Assembly (NCBI GenBank): GCA_963693365.1
Contig: CAVNZM010000003.1
Location: forward strand, 2,522,408-2,586,407
Length of the DNA stretch: 64,000 bases
Direction of reading: 5' to 3'
Origin: Amoebidium appalachense
Lineage: Eukaryota; Protista; Ichthyosporea
The notes under the pieces were generated by a model that was given only the letters and a program-made list of their open reading frames with translations, was not told the origin of the DNA and made no database searches. Positions 45,014-64,000 of the stretch are shown here, piece after piece. Every line of letters begins with the position of its first letter. Positions within the stretch are counted from its first letter, which is position 1. The position numbers and the translations under genes are program-made.

Positions 45014-45493
45014 ATGCACAGACACACATACACATGCACACGCACGCAAACACACACACACACACGTGCATGGTACACCCACACGTACACACGTACACAC
45101 GCTCTCCTACACATAATTACACACATGCCCTCCACCCCACTGCCCACACAGACACACAGAGACACCCACACCCCCTCAGTTCTTTCCTCCCCCTCCCCCC
45201 CCTCCCCCCCCCACCACCACCACCACACACACACACACGTACACACACTCGTACGCAGCATGGTGCTTCCCGTCTTTGCCTGCCTGGGCGTCTCCACGTT
45301 CTTTGCCATTGTCCTTATACTCTCCAACGGTGTTGGTTTCTTTGTGCTGGCCATTGGGCCTAAGGGCAGCCACTCACACCTGCGCCAGCAAGCGGCCGCG
45401 GGGGGTGACGAGCAGAGGGCTGGCTTGATTGATAATGCCGCTGAGCTGGGCAGGGCTTCATTTACGAACCCTGCAACACCTGGGAGGGTGTGA
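39737..45493 (+). CDS. CACFD1: Flower (CACFD1)/TVP18 family small membrane protein, 4 exons, 172 aa
   Basis: Exons 39737-39821, 40742-40814, 43520-43645, 45259-45493 (519 nt, all GT-AG, phases 1,2,2): [131 protein letters not shown]... The EAP, W-x-K-x-x-x-Y and A-(L/I)-G-x-K-G pattern and the size match the Flower/TVP18 family. Confidence 0.8.
41921..42349. repeat. Tandem duplication of a ~213-bp unit in Flower intron 2
   Basis: ATCATTCCATCTTCCCTTTATCTC...CTCCAATGTACACAATCCCCC...GCTCGAGTGGTAAAACTCGACTCCCGCTGTGTAGTTAGAAGCGTAGACA-polyC occurs twice (about 41921 and 42134). Confidence 0.9.
42930..43200 (+). mobile_element. Structured dispersed repeat, full copy A (SINE-like element or intronic ncRNA)
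   Basis: Homologous over about 270 bp to the reverse complement of 48535-48828, with conserved, covarying helices (see findings). Ends TTCAAAAC-polyC. Confidence 0.7.
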
Positions 45494-45544
45494 GTGGGAG
45501 AGAGGGCGGGTGTATGGGTGCGGGGAGAGTGGGGGGAGGGAGGG

Positions 45545-45576
<32 letters not shown>

Positions 45577-46221
45577 AGGTGGGGAGAGGGGGTGATTAAG
45601 GTTTGAACTAGCTTGATTAGAGGGGGTGGGGGGGGGGGGGGGATGTAAGGGCGGGGAGGGGAAGAAGGGGGGGGGGGGGGGGGGGGGGGGTAAAGTGTTT
45701 TATGGGTCTACCTTGTGTCACTATGTCCGTGTGTTGTTGGTTCTTGTTGATGTTGTTTGGTGGGGTTTTTTTGACCTTTTTTTATAACCTGCAGAAACCC
45801 AGGCCTGTGTTTTGGGGCCATATGGGTTATCACATACGATTCATTTTGCCAAAAAAAGGTTTTCTAGTCTGGGTGTATATCCCGAAATATACACCTGTAA
45901 TCGTACTATCCAACTCTAGGTTGAGCCACGTGCAGGGATTCGCTCTCGTTCGAAATAAAACGGCCAAATGGCTTTTCGTTGGAGATATATTGTGCAAGAT
46001 TGGTTTTGATCCGGTCGAGTTGTGGAATTTGCACCTGTATTGAAATTCAACCCCCCCCCTCTGCTTTTGTGGAGGCATAGGAATCCCCCTGATGATGGGC
46101 TCTGTTCAAGTGTCTTCTGCCTGCACGCTTAATTGTTTTGATTTTGGATTTCCCACGTTTGTGACGTTTTGTTGTTGCTCTTTGTTGTCTCCTCCATATT
46201 TCCAACCCTCTAACGCATACA

Positions 46222-46262
<41 letters not shown>

Positions 46263-46938
46263 TGCCCCCCCTCTCCCCTCCCCCCACCACCATCACCACC
46301 ACACACACACACACACACACGTGGGCGTGTACGCACGCAACGCTCGAATACGTTTTCGAATAAGATTTGAGCTAGCTAGAGTTCGGGAGGGACATGATGC
46401 AGGCACTAAATAGGTATGCGGACCATCCAATCAAAAATTTCAGTATTAGTAATACCCAAACTAAAAAAACCTTTCCGGAAGTTGGCATGGTATACGTACC
46501 GGACTACTTTCAATGCATGAACAAAGTGAGGGTAACGAAACGAATAAAAAATCCAATTAGTACATGTAATAGAAAAGGAATCTACAAAATCATGGAAGCT
46601 TTTATAGAAAAAAGTTTCCAAATAAGCGTATACCAAAAAGCACGTAGGTGTCGGGTACGTGTCGTGGCTCTAAAATGTTATACGGAGTGTGCCGTGAGTG
46701 AATTGGAAACAAATGAGCAGAGCAATCGCTTTTCCGGTATCAACACCACTACTGATTGCAACCAAGATCTTGAGTAGAACACACTTTTAAATAAACTAAT
46801 TAGGCAAACCGGCAAAACCGTTAGAACATACTCTGATCTTAGTATTTTGTGTGTGTGTTGGTGTGTGTTTTGTGTCACGGTATGCGTGTGTGTGTGTTGC
46901 GGGGGAGGCGGTGGGTGGGTGGGTGGTGGGTGGGGTGT

Positions 46939-46975
<37 letters not shown>

Positions 46976-47140
46976 AGCCGAGCATGTCACGAAGTACAAC
47001 TGCACGATGACACACACGGTGCAGGACACATGCAAAGGCAAACTACGGTAGGCAACATTCTGATCAAAACACGGCAATATGTAACATAAGCAGAGCCCAT
47101 TCGATTTCTCAAGGGGGACCCATTGGTGGTGGATCCCGGA

Positions 47141-47193
<53 letters not shown>

Positions 47194-47672
47194 CACGAGT
47201 TGATTGCCCATGTCCTGCGTGGCAAACTTTATTAGTACATAAATGCTACACGACACGGTGGCACGTTCATGCCTGCAAATATGTTTCTGTCAATATTAAG
47301 TAATACCCAATCCTCCTTCTCCGCCGTAATGAGATTTTGCTACAATAATTTTGTCGTGAATACCAGGGGAATTCTGGCGGCGGGATGAGGGAGATGCGTG
47401 CATATGATTTGCCTGCTTACTACTGAACGGTACACTATACATGTGTCTGTGTGTTTTATGTAAGGTGTTTGAATTGCAGCATTGTAACTCATTCAAAAAA
47501 AGTATATTAAAAAATTAAGAAGGGAAGAATAAAAGAACCAAAAATGAATACTAAAAAACGCCGTGAAAATTAAGTTGCCCTGGTACAGACTAGCAGCAGA
47601 ATCAAATCAAAGGCCAAAAGCATTCATAAACTTTCATACGAGTTTCTAACTCTGCCGATTCGTGGGCATTCA

Positions 47673-47759
<87 letters not shown>

Positions 47760-48118
47760 ATGCGAATGCATGCCTGTGGGTAGGTGGGTGGGTGGGTGGG
47801 TGGGTGGGGGGGGGGGGGGGGGGGGGGGGGGAGGTACGGGTGGTGTGTGTGTGTGTGTCTGTATTTCTATGCGCATGTGCAAGTCCACGGACTTATCTAT
47901 GCGCCATGTGTGTGTGTATGCGTCACCAATATCTTAATGCCTAAGAGCACATTGTGGTGTTGTCGTAATCACACCGGTGTTAAGACCATACAACACCAAC
48001 TTGCACGTCACATGTTCCGTCACCCATCACGCCGCTGATATCAACAAGCACAACAATCTCGTTTTTCCTATATATGGAATTGCCTTTTTAGGCATTTCCC
48101 ATATATGGTGCGTTGCGA

Positions 48119-63807
<15,689 letters not shown>

Positions 63808-64000
63808 CTGTGAACCGTGTGGTCAGATGGGCACACACACACACACGTGAATGCAGGAAGGCAAGGGGAGGGAAGTGGGGAAGGGGGTGGGGGGGTGGGT
63901 GGGGGGGGGGGGGAGCGGATGTTAGGACTTGTTACGGAGCGCAGAGTGCACATACATATACGACGGACACTAATATGCCAGGGTTTGCAAACAAGAGCAC

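Noticed and set aside
46394-46777. 127-aa AT-rich ORF between Flower and GUF1
   Set aside because: Composition unlike the real exons, no recognisable motif; insufficient support.

Overview
Eukaryotic nuclear DNA, not prokaryotic: short GC-rich exons sit in long spliceosomal introns full of (CA)/(GT), (CT)/(GA) and poly-C/poly-G tracts. Almost all ORFs in the supplied track are microsatellite artefacts. By manual splicing I reconstructed (1) a 17-exon, 3'-partial secreted M13 (neprilysin-family) zinc peptidase on the minus strand with an extra Cys-rich N-terminal region; (2) a 3'-truncated RPL37 copy head-to-head with it; (3) an intronless multi-pass (7TM-like) membrane protein; (4) a weakly supported orphan multi-exon gene; (5) a complete 4-exon Flower/CACFD1-TVP18 family gene (172 aa); and (6) a 19-exon, 5'-partial GUF1/LepA (EF-4) gene, one of whose acceptors reads CG instead of AG. 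The gene set suggests an opisthokont, possibly a unicellular holozoan, but that is inference only. The most unusual signal is a local repeat family at 42.5-48.8 kb. Its two full copies keep a multi-helix, possibly pseudoknotted fold by compensatory changes. All copies lie sense to the nearest gene and end at C-rich tracts. Also present are a 1.3-kb tandem duplication carrying a small ORF with a restriction-like-endonuclease-type motif, a 3x137-bp palindrome-bearing insertion between 11-bp direct repeats, and a probable LINE relic. All family assignments come from recalled motifs; no searches were run.
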